Assembly (NCBI GenBank): GCA_964508365.1
Contig: CAZDTP010000005.1
Coordinates: forward strand, 32,001 to 96,000
Reading direction: 5' to 3'
From: an uncultured archaeon
GTDB lineage: Archaea > Asgardarchaeota > Lokiarchaeia > Sigyniarchaeales > SOKP01
Length of the DNA stretch: 64,000 nt
In this document: piece by piece, positions 1 through 10,561 of the stretch
Numbering within the stretch: the stretch's first letter is position 1
How the letters are laid out: each line of letters opens with the position of its first letter
The notes under the pieces: generated by a model
The model's input: the letters and a program-made list of their open reading frames with translations, nothing else
Databases searched by the model: none
Told to the model about the DNA's origin: nothing
Translations under genes and position numbers: made by a program

Positions 1-747
1 CTTGAGAATCTCCTCTGGATCTCCTCTAATCATTTCTATATCAAATACATTTTTTAAAATTTCTTTGTAAAGCGCTTCATCCTTTCTCCACTGGTGTGCT
101 TGATCTAAACCAACCGTATCGGTATAGAATTCAAATTCCTTATCGCTACTCATTTTACCTACTTGATCCAAGAACTCTGGATGATTTTTAGCTATTCGCA
201 TTCGTTCGGGATTAAATAACCCTAATATGACATCCCAGTTCATTTTGATGACGTCTTTGGCGTAAACCAAGACCCTTTTTCCTCTTAAACGCAGGAGATT
301 AAACATGTTTTCAAACATTTTGTTAAAATCTTCTAATTTTTTTGAAGATAAAATTGATATCTGAAAATTCTTGTCTTTAACACTTGAGAATATTTTTGTG
401 AAAGTATGGTCTCCAGCATACATATAATTGGCTAATATTACCGGTTTTTTGCTCTCAATAAATTCAATGCCAGCTTGAACAATCCCTGGATCTCCATAAT
501 GCCCTATAGTAAAAACTATAACCCCATCAGCCTCTTCGATATTTTTTTTAATCTGGTTAACTAATTCGCTATCGTATGTTGTAATAATCTTACTATAGTT
601 AAATTCAATTTTATTAAATTTCAGGTTTAGATGATTTCTAATGGAATCTATCGTTTCGTTATTATCAAATCCCAAATAGGGCCACCCAGCTTCCCATTGT
701 GGTTTTCCTATAAACACAACTTCTATTTTTACATCTTTATAATTCAT
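1..747 (-). CDS. Partial CDS running off the window start; probable L-fucose/L-arabinose isomerase-like protein (N-terminal 249 aa)
   Basis: Hand-translated from ATG at 747 with no stop to position 1: MNYKDVKIEVVFIGKPQWEAGWPYLG...FDIEMIRGDPEEILK. Absent from the ORF track because truncated. Family call is by general resemblance only. Confidence 0.45.
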   Translation of the reverse strand, partial: MNYKDVKIEVVFIGKPQWEAGWPYLGFDNNETIDSIRNHLNLKFNKIEFNYSKIITTYDSELVNQIKKNIEEADGVIVFTIGHYGDPGIVQAGIEFIESKKPVILANYMYAGDHTFTKIFSSVKDKNFQISILSSKKLEDFNKMFENMFNLLRLRGKRVLVYAKDVIKMNWDVILGLFNPERMRIAKNHPEFLDQVGKMSSDKEFEFYTDTVGLDQAHQWRKDEALYKEILKNVFDIEMIRGDPEEILK

Positions 748-861
748 AATAAAATTCACTACGAATTATTAAATTATTTCACTTATAAAATAGATTTTAA
801 ACTTTAAAATCTTTAAACTTTAAAAATAAGATATTTGTAAAAACCTTATTGAACTAATTAG

Positions 862-2304
862 TTAAATGCTTCTTTCACGTTTCCAATCAGAATTATCGCT
901 CGTTCTTAAGTACCACCGGAGCAATTGTTCTTTGAGATCTGCTTTTACCTTATCATAAGCATAAATATCGATAAGATTGTTCGCTTCGTTAGGATCGTAC
1001 ATAAGATCATACAGCTCTTCTTTACCCTGATCGCGAATAACGAGTTTCCATAATTTAGTTCTTATCATAGCAGAACGTGCAACAGTAGAACTATCTTCTT
1101 TAGGGATATTCGTTTTATCGTAGTAAATTCCTAATCCCGGTAGCTCTGGATTCGCGATAACAGGTTCAAAACATTGAGGTTCGCGAGGATTATATCCTCC
1201 TTCTGCAAAGACAGCATTCCTGAGTTTTGCTAAATCACCTTGGAGAAGGGGAATTAAACTTTTACCAAAATGAGTATATTGTGTTTCAATTTGAGCGATA
1301 TGCAATATAGTTGGAAAAATATCAATGGATTGGACGAGTTGGTCGTAAATTACATTTTTACCTTCAATGCCAGGAATTTTTAGAATTAAGGGGATGTTAA
1401 TTAAACAATCTTGAAATGCGTTCGGCCATTTCTCTGTTAACCCATAATCACCAGTAAAATCTCCATGGTCTGCAAAGAAGACTATTACACTATTTTCATA
1501 AGCCCCTATTTCTTTTAGTTGGTTTATTATCAAACCAAACTGGTGATCTATGCGAGAAACCATTCCGTAATAAGTAGCAATAATTTCCTTGAAGTCTTCT
1601 TTTGTTAAGTTTTTCAAACCGTATCTTTCATGAATTAATTGCATAAACTCTGGTTTGTCATCTAATTTTGGGGGTATTGGAGCGGGAACATTTTCTCGAT
1701 TGTACATTGAAAAAAATGGTTCTTCTACTGTGTAAGGGGGATGAGGGAAGTTTAATGCTATGAACAAGCAAAAAGGATTTTTATGGTTTGAATTTAAATA
1801 GTTAATCGCTTCTTGGGTGTTGTAGTAGTCAATATCCTTTGCTTCTTCTTCCGTTCTTTTTCCAAAATAGAAAGATTTTCTCAAGGGATGTTCTAATGGA
1901 TAAGGATTCGTCTTAATCATTCTAGTTTTGATTCTAATTTTTCTTGATATACTGCCTTCGATTGCATCTTTTCTAAAAACATCGTTCCGACCTACCCAAA
2001 TCACTTCATACCCTTTATCTTTTAAAAATTTAAACAGATTTTCTTCATGGGGTTGCAGTAATTGATAAAGACTTCTATGATTGTTGGAATGAACATATTG
2101 TCCTGTAAAAGTACAACATCTTGAGGGCCCACAGACAGGATTAACAGTAAAGCAATTTGTAAAAGCAATACCATCTTTTGCTAATTGGTCAATATTTGGT
2201 GTTTTAATTATTGGATTTCTCTTTCCTCCAAGAGAAACACAGTCTCCTCTTAGTTCATCAGGTACAAAAAATATAATATTTGGAAGAGATTTCTCTTGTT
2301 CCAT
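862..2304 (-). CDS. Sulfatase (Cys-type, arylsulfatase/choline-sulfatase-like)
   Basis: N-terminal PNIIFFVPDELR, formylglycine signature CGPSR (CxPxR), ADHGD and ELYDL motifs; no signal peptide. Confidence 0.92.
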   Translation of the reverse strand: MEQEKSLPNIIFFVPDELRGDCVSLGGKRNPIIKTPNIDQLAKDGIAFTNCFTVNPVCGPSRCCTFTGQYVHSNNHRSLYQLLQPHEENLFKFLKDKGYEVIWVGRNDVFRKDAIEGSISRKIRIKTRMIKTNPYPLEHPLRKSFYFGKRTEEEAKDIDYYNTQEAINYLNSNHKNPFCLFIALNFPHPPYTVEEPFFSMYNRENVPAPIPPKLDDKPEFMQLIHERYGLKNLTKEDFKEIIATYYGMVSRIDHQFGLIINQLKEIGAYENSVIVFFADHGDFTGDYGLTEKWPNAFQDCLINIPLILKIPGIEGKNVIYDQLVQSIDIFPTILHIAQIETQYTHFGKSLIPLLQGDLAKLRNAVFAEGGYNPREPQCFEPVIANPELPGLGIYYDKTNIPKEDSSTVARSAMIRTKLWKLVIRDQGKEELYDLMYDPNEANNLIDIYAYDKVKADLKEQLLRWYLRTSDNSDWKRERSI

Positions 2305-2437
2305 AATTAACTCATTATCATTAAGACTTTAAAAATTTAATAATTAAGAAATCAATAACTATGTAAATAGTATTAAATATCTTAAGATTTCATTAATTAC
2401 AAAGTAGATAAGATAACTATTAAATGGTGTTGAAATC

Positions 2438-3598
2438 ATGAATTCGAGGAATAGAGTAAAAACAACATTAAACCATAAAGAACCGGATAAAGTACCGATT
2501 GATTTAGGTGGCAATCAATCAAGTATCCATATCATAGCTTACAAAAAATTGCTTAAATATCTTGAAATTGAAGATGATAACATACAGTACGCAGATTTCG
2601 TTCAACAGATTGTACGACCTTGCGAAGAAGTTTTAAAAAGATTCCAAATTGACATAAGGTATATTCAACCTTTAGGAGGAATGATTAGGGTTCAAGATAT
2701 GAAACCACAAGTTGAACAGAAATATCTGGGTGTTTACGACCAATTTGGCGTGTTTTGGGGAAATGACGCTAAAAAAAATATCATCGACATTTTATACTAC
2801 GATCCTGTTATTCATCCCTTTGCAGATTTTAAATCTGTAAGTGATGTAAAGAATTACGATTGGCCAGATGGGCTAGATAAATCTCCTTTTATTGGTTTGA
2901 AAGATTTTGCAAGAAAATTGCATGAAAATACAGAATTTGCTTTATCAACACCTCCAATTGGTTGTGTTTACGAATACTGCACATTTTTATTCGGTTTTAC
3001 TAAGACATTAAGGTTTTTAAAGACTAAACCAGAAATCATAATTTCAACTATGGAAGAATTACTTAAATATTGGATCAATTATGCTACAACTTTCCTTGCT
3101 GAAGTTGGAGGTTATCTAGATGTTGTTAGCATTAACGGAGATATTGCAGAACAAGCTGGTCCTATAATGAGTTTACAACTATACGAGAACATGATAAAAC
3201 CTATAGAACGGAAGTTATCACAGAAAATTCACGAAATTGTAGACGCCAAAATAAACTACCATTCATGTGGTTCGATTTCTCAATTTATTCCTCACTTCGC
3301 TGACATCGGATATGATATCGTTAATCCAGTTCAAATAAGCGCCTATGATATGGAACCTTGTTCTCTAAAAGAAAGATATGGGAGTATTATGTCGTTCTGG
3401 GGAGGTTTATGCAACTCACAGAAAACTCTACCGTTTGGAACTCCTGAACAGATTAGAGAGGAAGTTAGAAGAAACTTCGAATGCTTGAAGCCAGGAGGGG
3501 GTTTTATAGCCTCAAATATTCATAACATCACAGCTGAGGTTCCGCCTCAAAATATAGTAGCAATGTTTGATGCAGCTAATGAATTTAGAAATTATTAA
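2438..3598 (+). CDS. Uroporphyrinogen decarboxylase / MtaA-CmuA methyltransferase family protein
   Basis: MNSRNRV..TLNHKEPDKVP start, YHSCG, NPVQ, FWGG, GTPEQIREEV, GGGFIASNIHNI. Confidence 0.85.
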   Translation: MNSRNRVKTTLNHKEPDKVPIDLGGNQSSIHIIAYKKLLKYLEIEDDNIQYADFVQQIVRPCEEVLKRFQIDIRYIQPLGGMIRVQDMKPQVEQKYLGVYDQFGVFWGNDAKKNIIDILYYDPVIHPFADFKSVSDVKNYDWPDGLDKSPFIGLKDFARKLHENTEFALSTPPIGCVYEYCTFLFGFTKTLRFLKTKPEIIISTMEELLKYWINYATTFLAEVGGYLDVVSINGDIAEQAGPIMSLQLYENMIKPIERKLSQKIHEIVDAKINYHSCGSISQFIPHFADIGYDIVNPVQISAYDMEPCSLKERYGSIMSFWGGLCNSQKTLPFGTPEQIREEVRRNFECLKPGGGFIASNIHNITAEVPPQNIVAMFDAANEFRNY

Positions 3599-3660
3599 TG
3601 AAAGAATTTTAAGCTAATCATTAATTTTACTCCAATAGAAATAGGTGATTTATTTTAAGG

Positions 3661-4521
3661 ATGCAACAGTATAAAATTTTTGATGCTCACTTGCATACAT
3701 TTGGCACTTTTCTAGCAAAAGATGACGATCTCATCTCATATTTGGATAGATATAACGTTGAAAAAGCTATAATAACTACAGTCAATAGAGCAGCGAGTTC
3801 TAAAATTTACGCGAATGACAATAATGGAACTGAAGAAGAGGTGTTAAATGAAAACCTGGTTAAAAAAGCTTTTGAAAATTTGAGAAAATTGATGCCTAAG
3901 GATCAATTAGATCACCAGGATGTTATAAGTATCTCAAACTTAGATCCCGAAAGATTTTTCAAGTTCTTTTGGTTCAATCCTAAAATTGATCTGGAAGAAG
4001 TAGATAAAAACTATAGGATATTAGAAAACCATTTTAATATGGGATTTTGTGGGGTAAAAATCCATTCAGGAATTCATCTAATAAAAGTTCCGAGAGATAT
4101 TATCTCTTTGGCCTCTTTTATGCAAGAATACAACAAGAATTTTCCTTTATTTATTCACTTTACACCGAAATTTTCAGCTTTTGGAGGGATTTCCTCGAAT
4201 GATATTGCAAAATTAGCTCAAAGTTTTCCAAACTTAAATATCATTATTGGACATGCTGCGTTGGCAATGGAATTTGCAATTGACTTTGGATTGAGCTTAA
4301 AACAATATAAAAATGTATTTTTTGAAACTTCCTGTTCAATACCTTACGGGATATTAAATTTGATAAAAATGGTCGGCCATAAACGATTGTTATTTGGCTC
4401 AGATGCGCCAGTTACTAATCCTATAAAGCTTGAAATTGATAAGATATTGTGTTTACCCATTACGAATGATCAAAAGCAAGATATTTTCTATAACAATACT
4501 AACAATTTAGTTCAAAATTAA
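3661..4521 (+). CDS. Metal-dependent amidohydrolase (amidohydrolase_2 type)
   Basis: IFDAHLH, GVKIH, IIGH, LLFGSDAP, DIFYNN. Confidence 0.85.
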   Translation: MQQYKIFDAHLHTFGTFLAKDDDLISYLDRYNVEKAIITTVNRAASSKIYANDNNGTEEEVLNENLVKKAFENLRKLMPKDQLDHQDVISISNLDPERFFKFFWFNPKIDLEEVDKNYRILENHFNMGFCGVKIHSGIHLIKVPRDIISLASFMQEYNKNFPLFIHFTPKFSAFGGISSNDIAKLAQSFPNLNIIIGHAALAMEFAIDFGLSLKQYKNVFFETSCSIPYGILNLIKMVGHKRLLFGSDAPVTNPIKLEIDKILCLPITNDQKQDIFYNNTNNLVQN

Positions 4522-4733
4522 CGATACGAGTATTCACAAATTTTATTTATTTTAAGTAATCTTTCAGACATTTGTCGGATATTCCATCTATATTAATCAG
4601 TTAATTAGTACTTACTTGAAATTAATTGTCAAAAAATTACTAATGGATATAGTCAATTATTTTTGTTTTAATAATACATTATATAAGGGTAATTTTGTAA
4701 TTTAAAATTATACTTAAGATTTAATTATATCGA

Positions 4734-5294
4734 GTGTATATTGTGAAATATTTAGGGGATGATATCAACAACACGGATAATCCTAATTGGGATGTCATTG
4801 AAGTTTCAAAAGTTAACGACAAAATAATTATGAAGCTTTTAAATTATCTGAAATATGATATATCGGATAAATTCTTTATTTCTTTTGAAAGTCTTTTAAA
4901 GTTGGGGAATAGAGTCCCAGAAACAACGATTAAAAATATTGTTAAAGAATTGGACCAATCTCACGATTTCAAAAAAGAATTATTTCAGTTTATTCTCAAT
5001 TTTATAAACAATGACACTGTAGAATACCATTTGCTACCACAATTATATAGTCCCGATTTTATCGTTAGAGCTCGAGCTATAATGAAAATCAAAGAGAATG
5101 ATGATGTAAGATATCTGAAATTCCTACTTCCTTTATTAGACGACCCAGATGATTCGGTAAGATGGAGCGTCATTAAATTTTTATCAAAACACTTCAAAAA
5201 TCCTATAATTTATTCTGAATTGAAGAATCATTTAAATAAAGAGTTAAATCCAATTATATACGATAATCTAAAAGAAGTTTTTGAACAAGAATAA
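4734..5294 (+). CDS. HEAT-repeat protein
   Basis: FIVRARAIMKI, LLPLLDDPDDSVRWSVIKFL helical repeats; GTG start. Confidence 0.7.
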   Translation: MYIVKYLGDDINNTDNPNWDVIEVSKVNDKIIMKLLNYLKYDISDKFFISFESLLKLGNRVPETTIKNIVKELDQSHDFKKELFQFILNFINNDTVEYHLLPQLYSPDFIVRARAIMKIKENDDVRYLKFLLPLLDDPDDSVRWSVIKFLSKHFKNPIIYSELKNHLNKELNPIIYDNLKEVFEQE

Positions 5295-5497
5295 AGTCCT
5301 TATAATTGTTTCTTATCTCTTCTCTTTAATTTGTTCTTTGATATCTCATTTTAAACAAAAAGTAAAGAATTAAAAACGACATTTTTAATTATATATATAA
5401 ATAGGATTTAAGACCCAACATATGAAATTTTTAATAAAATCTAAACATTACTTAATATTAATTAATAAGGTTAAAGGGATAAAAAAAATTTTCAAAG

Positions 5498-6037
5498 GTG
5501 TTAAAGATATCGTCGTATGACTATACATTTAAAATTTTACTGCTCGGTGACGCATCCGTTGGTAAAACTTCTTTCACTAAACGATATTGTTATAATGTTT
5601 TTAACCCTAGCGAGCGATTAACTATTGGGGTTGATTTTCATGTTAAAACGATTGAACTACAGGGAAAAAAGATAAAACTTCAAATCTGGGACGTTGGAGG
5701 AGAAGAAAGGTTTAGATTCCTACTCCCTACATATTGTTTGGGTGCAAACGCTGCTTTTCTACTTTACGATGTCACACGGACTCAAACTCTTGACAATATC
5801 AATGAATGGACTAATATTGTTCACCAGAAAGGAGGTCCTATACCAATTATGCTTGTTGGGTCTAAAATTGATCTTATAGATAATCAACGCGAAGTCTCTC
5901 GAGAATATGGTATACAAGTTGCTGAAAAGAATAATATGGCATCATTTGGCGAAATATCCAGTAAATCAGGACAAAATGTAAATAAAACATTTGAGGTTCT
6001 AACAGAGCTAACATTAGAAAGAATTGAAAATAGGTGA
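5498..6037 (+). CDS. Rab-like small GTPase (eukaryotic signature protein)
   Basis: G1 GDASVGKT, G2 TIGVDF, G3 WDVGGEERF, G4 SKID, G5 ISSK; N-terminal YDYTFKILLLG; no C-terminal Cys prenylation motif. Confidence 0.93.
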   Translation: MLKISSYDYTFKILLLGDASVGKTSFTKRYCYNVFNPSERLTIGVDFHVKTIELQGKKIKLQIWDVGGEERFRFLLPTYCLGANAAFLLYDVTRTQTLDNINEWTNIVHQKGGPIPIMLVGSKIDLIDNQREVSREYGIQVAEKNNMASFGEISSKSGQNVNKTFEVLTELTLERIENR

Positions 6038-6041
6038 TTTG

Positions 6042-7004
6042 ATGTCTGACCGTGAATATTTAGCTCTCAGTTCTCTATTTGATGCAATAGGAATTATTGA
6101 AAAAGGTATCGAGAAAATATACCACTATTTGCTTAAACATAAGAGAATTGACAATTTACAAGAAGTCAGTACGCAATTCAATTTGACCTTAAAAAGAGGA
6201 TATAAAATTTGTGCGGTTTTGAACGATCTAGGATTAGTTCAAATATACGATCGTCCAATGAAAATTCATTTAACAACTCCACCTATCTCGATATGGCAAA
6301 CTATTATTAACGAAAGAATTGAGGAATTGTCTCAATTGTTCCAAGAGAAAAAAGAGGAGGCAGAAAATGCTTTGTCAGATTTTAGTCAAAATTTTAATTT
6401 GAATGAACAAATAACTCAAGAGTTCGTAGAGTTCGTTAATTATAACCTAAAAAATTTTGGAGAGACCTATCACTCATTTTTAGCTGAAAAAGAATGCAAG
6501 ATCGCCTTAGGAATCCGGTATGAAAACGAATTTAGTTCAGTTATTAAAAAATACGGGATTTCTAGTATTCCTGAAGATTTAAGTGAATCTATGCGATCGG
6601 GTATAACAAAAATTAAAGAAAACCTAATCAATATTGATATCCAAGTAATCTTTAGTACAGAAGTAATTAAGGAATTATTAGTTAGTGAAGAATTTCAACT
6701 GGTTTCCAATTATCTCAAATCATTCGAATTGACTTTTAAAAAAATTTCTGTTCGCGTTACAAGTGAGGATTTCAGTAATTTTAATTTAACCGATAGTGAA
6801 TTGGTTCAACCAAGTTTCGATCCTACTAATAGATTGATAGGAGCTTATATATCGCGAAATACTAATATTTATCAAATTTTCTATGAGAAATTTAACGAAC
6901 TATATGAAAAAGGTATTCCATTAACACAATTTCTAAAAGAACAGAGCGATGTTAAAGAAGAATCTTATTCTAATACACAATTATTTGGTTTGTGCTTGTT
7001 ATAA
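6042..7004 (+). CDS. TrmB-like transcriptional regulator (N-terminal HTH plus effector domain)
   Basis: HTH-like EVSTQFNLTLKRGYKICAVLNDLGLVQIYDRP followed by a helical stretch. ATG 6042 preferred over 6024 because AGGTGA lies just upstream. Confidence 0.55.
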   Translation: MSDREYLALSSLFDAIGIIEKGIEKIYHYLLKHKRIDNLQEVSTQFNLTLKRGYKICAVLNDLGLVQIYDRPMKIHLTTPPISIWQTIINERIEELSQLFQEKKEEAENALSDFSQNFNLNEQITQEFVEFVNYNLKNFGETYHSFLAEKECKIALGIRYENEFSSVIKKYGISSIPEDLSESMRSGITKIKENLINIDIQVIFSTEVIKELLVSEEFQLVSNYLKSFELTFKKISVRVTSEDFSNFNLTDSELVQPSFDPTNRLIGAYISRNTNIYQIFYEKFNELYEKGIPLTQFLKEQSDVKEESYSNTQLFGLCLL

Positions 7005-7068
7005 AAAAGAATTTTTAAATATCTTATATCAAAAATAAAAAATAAAATTAAAAAAAAAAATTAATTAA

Positions 7069-7527
7069 TTAGTCATATCTTTTATATGTGAAAAGTAACC
7101 ATACAAATCCAAGTACCCCAATTATAAAGGCACCCAGAATTATATAATTTGGCCAATAAGCTAAGTCAAATGATGCAGGATTAGTTATCCATCCTATAAC
7201 TGCGTTTACTCCAGTAAGTGCCATGATAGAAAGAACGACTAAACCTATTCCCATAGCGTATTCTTCCTCTTTGAACATACCAATTCCCGCTACAAGGCAC
7301 CAGAAGCCTAGTGCTATTGAGATTAAGCCTTGACTTCCGAACAATGTAAGAGCTGCAGCTAAATCAGGATCAGTGGCGAAATCACCTAACCAAGAAGGAA
7401 CTATGATTCCTGCCCATGCTAAGAAATCCATTATGCCTTTAAACAAGAAAAGTATACCCAGTATAATCATTAAAAAATTTAAAAGTTCGTTCGAATCTTT
7501 CTTCTTTATTTCTTTTTCTTCACTCAT
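7069..7527 (-). CDS. Hypothetical membrane protein (about 4 TM)
   Basis: Four hydrophobic segments in the 152-aa ORF. Confidence 0.75.
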   Translation of the reverse strand: MSEEKEIKKKDSNELLNFLMIILGILFLFKGIMDFLAWAGIIVPSWLGDFATDPDLAAALTLFGSQGLISIALGFWCLVAGIGMFKEEEYAMGIGLVVLSIMALTGVNAVIGWITNPASFDLAYWPNYIILGAFIIGVLGFVWLLFTYKRYD

Positions 7528-7728
7528 TTTTTAATAACCCTTTTTATTTTTAATTAAGATTATGTGTTGATTATGAAAATATCTTCCCACATATATAAAT
7601 TTAATTTATTGAGATTATAAATCCGATAATAAGTTCCTTCAAATTTCATTAGTTTTAATTAAGCAAAATTAATTAAATTTTAAAGACAATTTAGTGTTAA
7701 CTATTGATTTTTTCAATTTCAAGTATAA

Positions 7729-8715
7729 ATGAAAAACTTCTTATCGCCGGATAAAATTTATTCTAGCGTAGCAAATGGGAAAGTAAGTAAGGCTATGGCC
7801 ACTGAGCAGTTGATCTCATTAATAGAAGGAAGCGATAACCCAATAACTCGTGCTGAATCAATTGAAATTTCTGAGAAATTGGAAATTCACGATCAAAAAA
7901 TCTTTAAAATCTTAGAAAATTCTCTATTATCCGACGAAAGCCCATTAGTTAGGAAATCAGCTGCGAATTTCATTGGACAAATTTTTTTAAAAAAAGGTTT
8001 GAACACGCTAATATGGGTTTTGCAGCACGATAAATCTCCAATAGTTCTAAAAGTAATTTCTGATTTGAATAGCAGTCTTAATAGCGCCCGATTTGAATTG
8101 TTAAGTAAAGAAATAAATGGGTTTTTGGCAGAAATAGCGTTATCCGTTGGTATTGTTCAAAATGAAGCAAAATTTATATTAGATTTGGAGGCTATATTTG
8201 CTCAAAACGAATCTGATTATGAGTCCGAGTTAAAAACTTATCAATTCTACAAAAAATTAAAAGATAATAAACTTGGAGAATCTTGGCTTACGATAAGGAA
8301 TAAACACATTGAATCCTTGAGTTTCAATTATTACAATTGGAAATACTTGAAAGAAATCCCTAGTATGTTCGACTCTATTTCTAAATTGCAAGATTCCATG
8401 GTTTATTTAAATTTCATAGGAGAACTTGGTCTTAAAAGCAACACGATTCTCAAATTACCCGACTCTCTAGCGCTACTCACAAATCTTAAAAAACTGAATT
8501 TAAGCAGAAATAATATTAAGGTATTTCCAAAATCAATTTTTTCACTTTCTTATCTTAAGTATTTAGACATAAGTCATAATAAAATTTCTAAAATACCTGT
8601 GGAAATTAAAAACTTAACCTCACTAGATATTTTGAGAATTAACCATAATCAAATTCGAAAAATTCCAAATTATTTAAGAGAATTCTTACTTACACTTCAA
8701 GATTTTAAAATATAA
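7729..8715 (+). CDS. HEAT-repeat plus leucine-rich-repeat protein
   Basis: N-terminal LLSDESPLVRKSAA HEAT repeats; C-terminal LKKLNLSRNNI, LKYLDISHNKI, LDILRINHNQI LRRs. Confidence 0.85.
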   Translation: MKNFLSPDKIYSSVANGKVSKAMATEQLISLIEGSDNPITRAESIEISEKLEIHDQKIFKILENSLLSDESPLVRKSAANFIGQIFLKKGLNTLIWVLQHDKSPIVLKVISDLNSSLNSARFELLSKEINGFLAEIALSVGIVQNEAKFILDLEAIFAQNESDYESELKTYQFYKKLKDNKLGESWLTIRNKHIESLSFNYYNWKYLKEIPSMFDSISKLQDSMVYLNFIGELGLKSNTILKLPDSLALLTNLKKLNLSRNNIKVFPKSIFSLSYLKYLDISHNKISKIPVEIKNLTSLDILRINHNQIRKIPNYLREFLLTLQDFKI

Positions 8716-8807
8716 ATACTTCTACTCTTTTATCTAAGATAATTATTTAAACAATAAAAACCAAATTTAAAATCAATATAACAATTTAGGATGGAAGGTG
8801 CAAAAAT

Positions 8808-10520
8808 TTGGAAGAAAAAAAGAATATTATAAATGGTGGCGATGTTCTTATCAAATCCTTACTTGAAGAAGATATCAAATATTTGTTTGGGATCATTGGT
8901 GGCCAATTTTTAACTATGTTTGATGCTGTATACAAGTGGGGGCGTGAAAAAGGAATCAATACTGTTATGTTTAGACACGAGCAAGCTGCAGCGCATGCAG
9001 CTGATGCTTGGGCAAGAGTGACGAATAAACCCGGAATTTGTTTCGGTACTGTTGGTCCTGGTGCAACTCAACTAGTCCCCGGGGTAGGAGCAGCATGGAG
9101 CGATAACATCCCAATGATCGTCTTAGTACCTCAAGTAAATAGCAAATTTGCTGATTCTTTCACTCTGCAGGGAAATTTAGACCAAATTACAATGTTCAAA
9201 CCAATTACTAAATACCAGAAATCAATACGAACGATAGAAGAAATTCCTGATGCCGTTCAAAAAGTTTTCCGGGAAGCTACTAGCGGGCGTCCAAGACCAG
9301 TTTTATTGGAGATTTACGAGGACGCTTTTTTAAGCCAGAAAGAAGAAAGTGAAATTCCAATTACGTCTCCTGATCAGTATCGATGCTTTGAGAAACCAGC
9401 AGTTAGTAATGAAGTAATCCAAAAAGCCATGGAAATGTTATTAAAAGCCGAGAAACCCTTAATCGTCTCTGGAGGTGGAGTGTCAAGATCAGAAGGATGG
9501 AATGAACTTCAAGAATTTGCTGAATACTTAAAAATTCCCGTTATAACCACTATTATGGGTATTGGCACTATCTCAAGTAGATCAGAAAGTTTTGTTGGTA
9601 CAACTATAAATGGCGTGGGTTTAAAAGCAGCCCCAGAAGCAGATGTTGTTCTTGCTCTCGGATGCAAGTTCACTTATGTTATGGGTCATGGAGACGAGCC
9701 ATTTTGGAAAAATTCTCAAAAAATGATACAAGTAGATATAGATCCAGGAATAATAGGGCGAGCTAAACCTATTACTCTAGGTATTATAAGCGATTGCAAA
9801 CAATTTTTAGCGCAAATACTTGAAGCTGCTAAAAAAGTTCAAAAAGTTGAAAAAAGAGAGTGGTTAAACGAGTTAGTGAATTTAAGAAAAACACAAATGG
9901 CTGGTATGATGAAAAAAGCAACAAAGGATAAGATCCCAATATTACCTCAAAGATTGGTCAAGGATGTATTAGAATTTATGGATGAGGATGCGATATTCAT
10001 TAACGATGGTGGGGATATAGCTTGTTATTCTATAGAACAAATAGATTATTATAAACCAAGACCACCACTATCCTTCTTACAAGCTGTCGGTATGGGCCAT
10101 TTGGGGACTTCTGTTGGTTATGGAATCGGAGCTAAGTTAGCAAAACCGGATAAACAGGTTATTTCAATATCTGGTGATGGTAGTTTTATGATGAATATTC
10201 AAGATCTCGAAACCGCTGTTAGATTAGGTTTAAAGAATCTCATATTTGTTATAGCAAATAATAGTGCTTGGGGGATGCTTAAATCGGGTCAAAAATTATT
10301 TGTAGACAAGCATTATATCGATGTCGAGTTACCTGAATTTAACTTTGCCAGATGTGCTGAAGGGTTTGGGTGTTATGGAGAGGTTGTAGTTGATCCTAAT
10401 GAGATTAAACCCGCGCTTGAAAGAGCTAAAAACTCTGGAAAACCTGCTGTAATAGATATTAAGACTTCTTGGTCAATTCCGGACGTGACTAAGCTCCTAG
10501 GAAGCATGGGAATACTTTAA
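8808..10520 (+). CDS. Thiamine-diphosphate-dependent enzyme (acetolactate synthase / 2-hydroxyacyl-CoA lyase superfamily)
   Basis: RHEQAAAHAADAWAR, GPG, TPP-binding GDGSF...NNSAWG. Confidence 0.9.
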   Translation: MEEKKNIINGGDVLIKSLLEEDIKYLFGIIGGQFLTMFDAVYKWGREKGINTVMFRHEQAAAHAADAWARVTNKPGICFGTVGPGATQLVPGVGAAWSDNIPMIVLVPQVNSKFADSFTLQGNLDQITMFKPITKYQKSIRTIEEIPDAVQKVFREATSGRPRPVLLEIYEDAFLSQKEESEIPITSPDQYRCFEKPAVSNEVIQKAMEMLLKAEKPLIVSGGGVSRSEGWNELQEFAEYLKIPVITTIMGIGTISSRSESFVGTTINGVGLKAAPEADVVLALGCKFTYVMGHGDEPFWKNSQKMIQVDIDPGIIGRAKPITLGIISDCKQFLAQILEAAKKVQKVEKREWLNELVNLRKTQMAGMMKKATKDKIPILPQRLVKDVLEFMDEDAIFINDGGDIACYSIEQIDYYKPRPPLSFLQAVGMGHLGTSVGYGIGAKLAKPDKQVISISGDGSFMMNIQDLETAVRLGLKNLIFVIANNSAWGMLKSGQKLFVDKHYIDVELPEFNFARCAEGFGCYGEVVVDPNEIKPALERAKNSGKPAVIDIKTSWSIPDVTKLLGSMGIL

Positions 10521-10561
10521 ATCTATTTTTTATTTTTTTTTATAAATTGAGGTGTAAATAA

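Noticed and set aside
795-830. Short repeat aactttaaaa occurring twice
   Set aside because: Too short and AT-rich; no spacer structure, so not CRISPR
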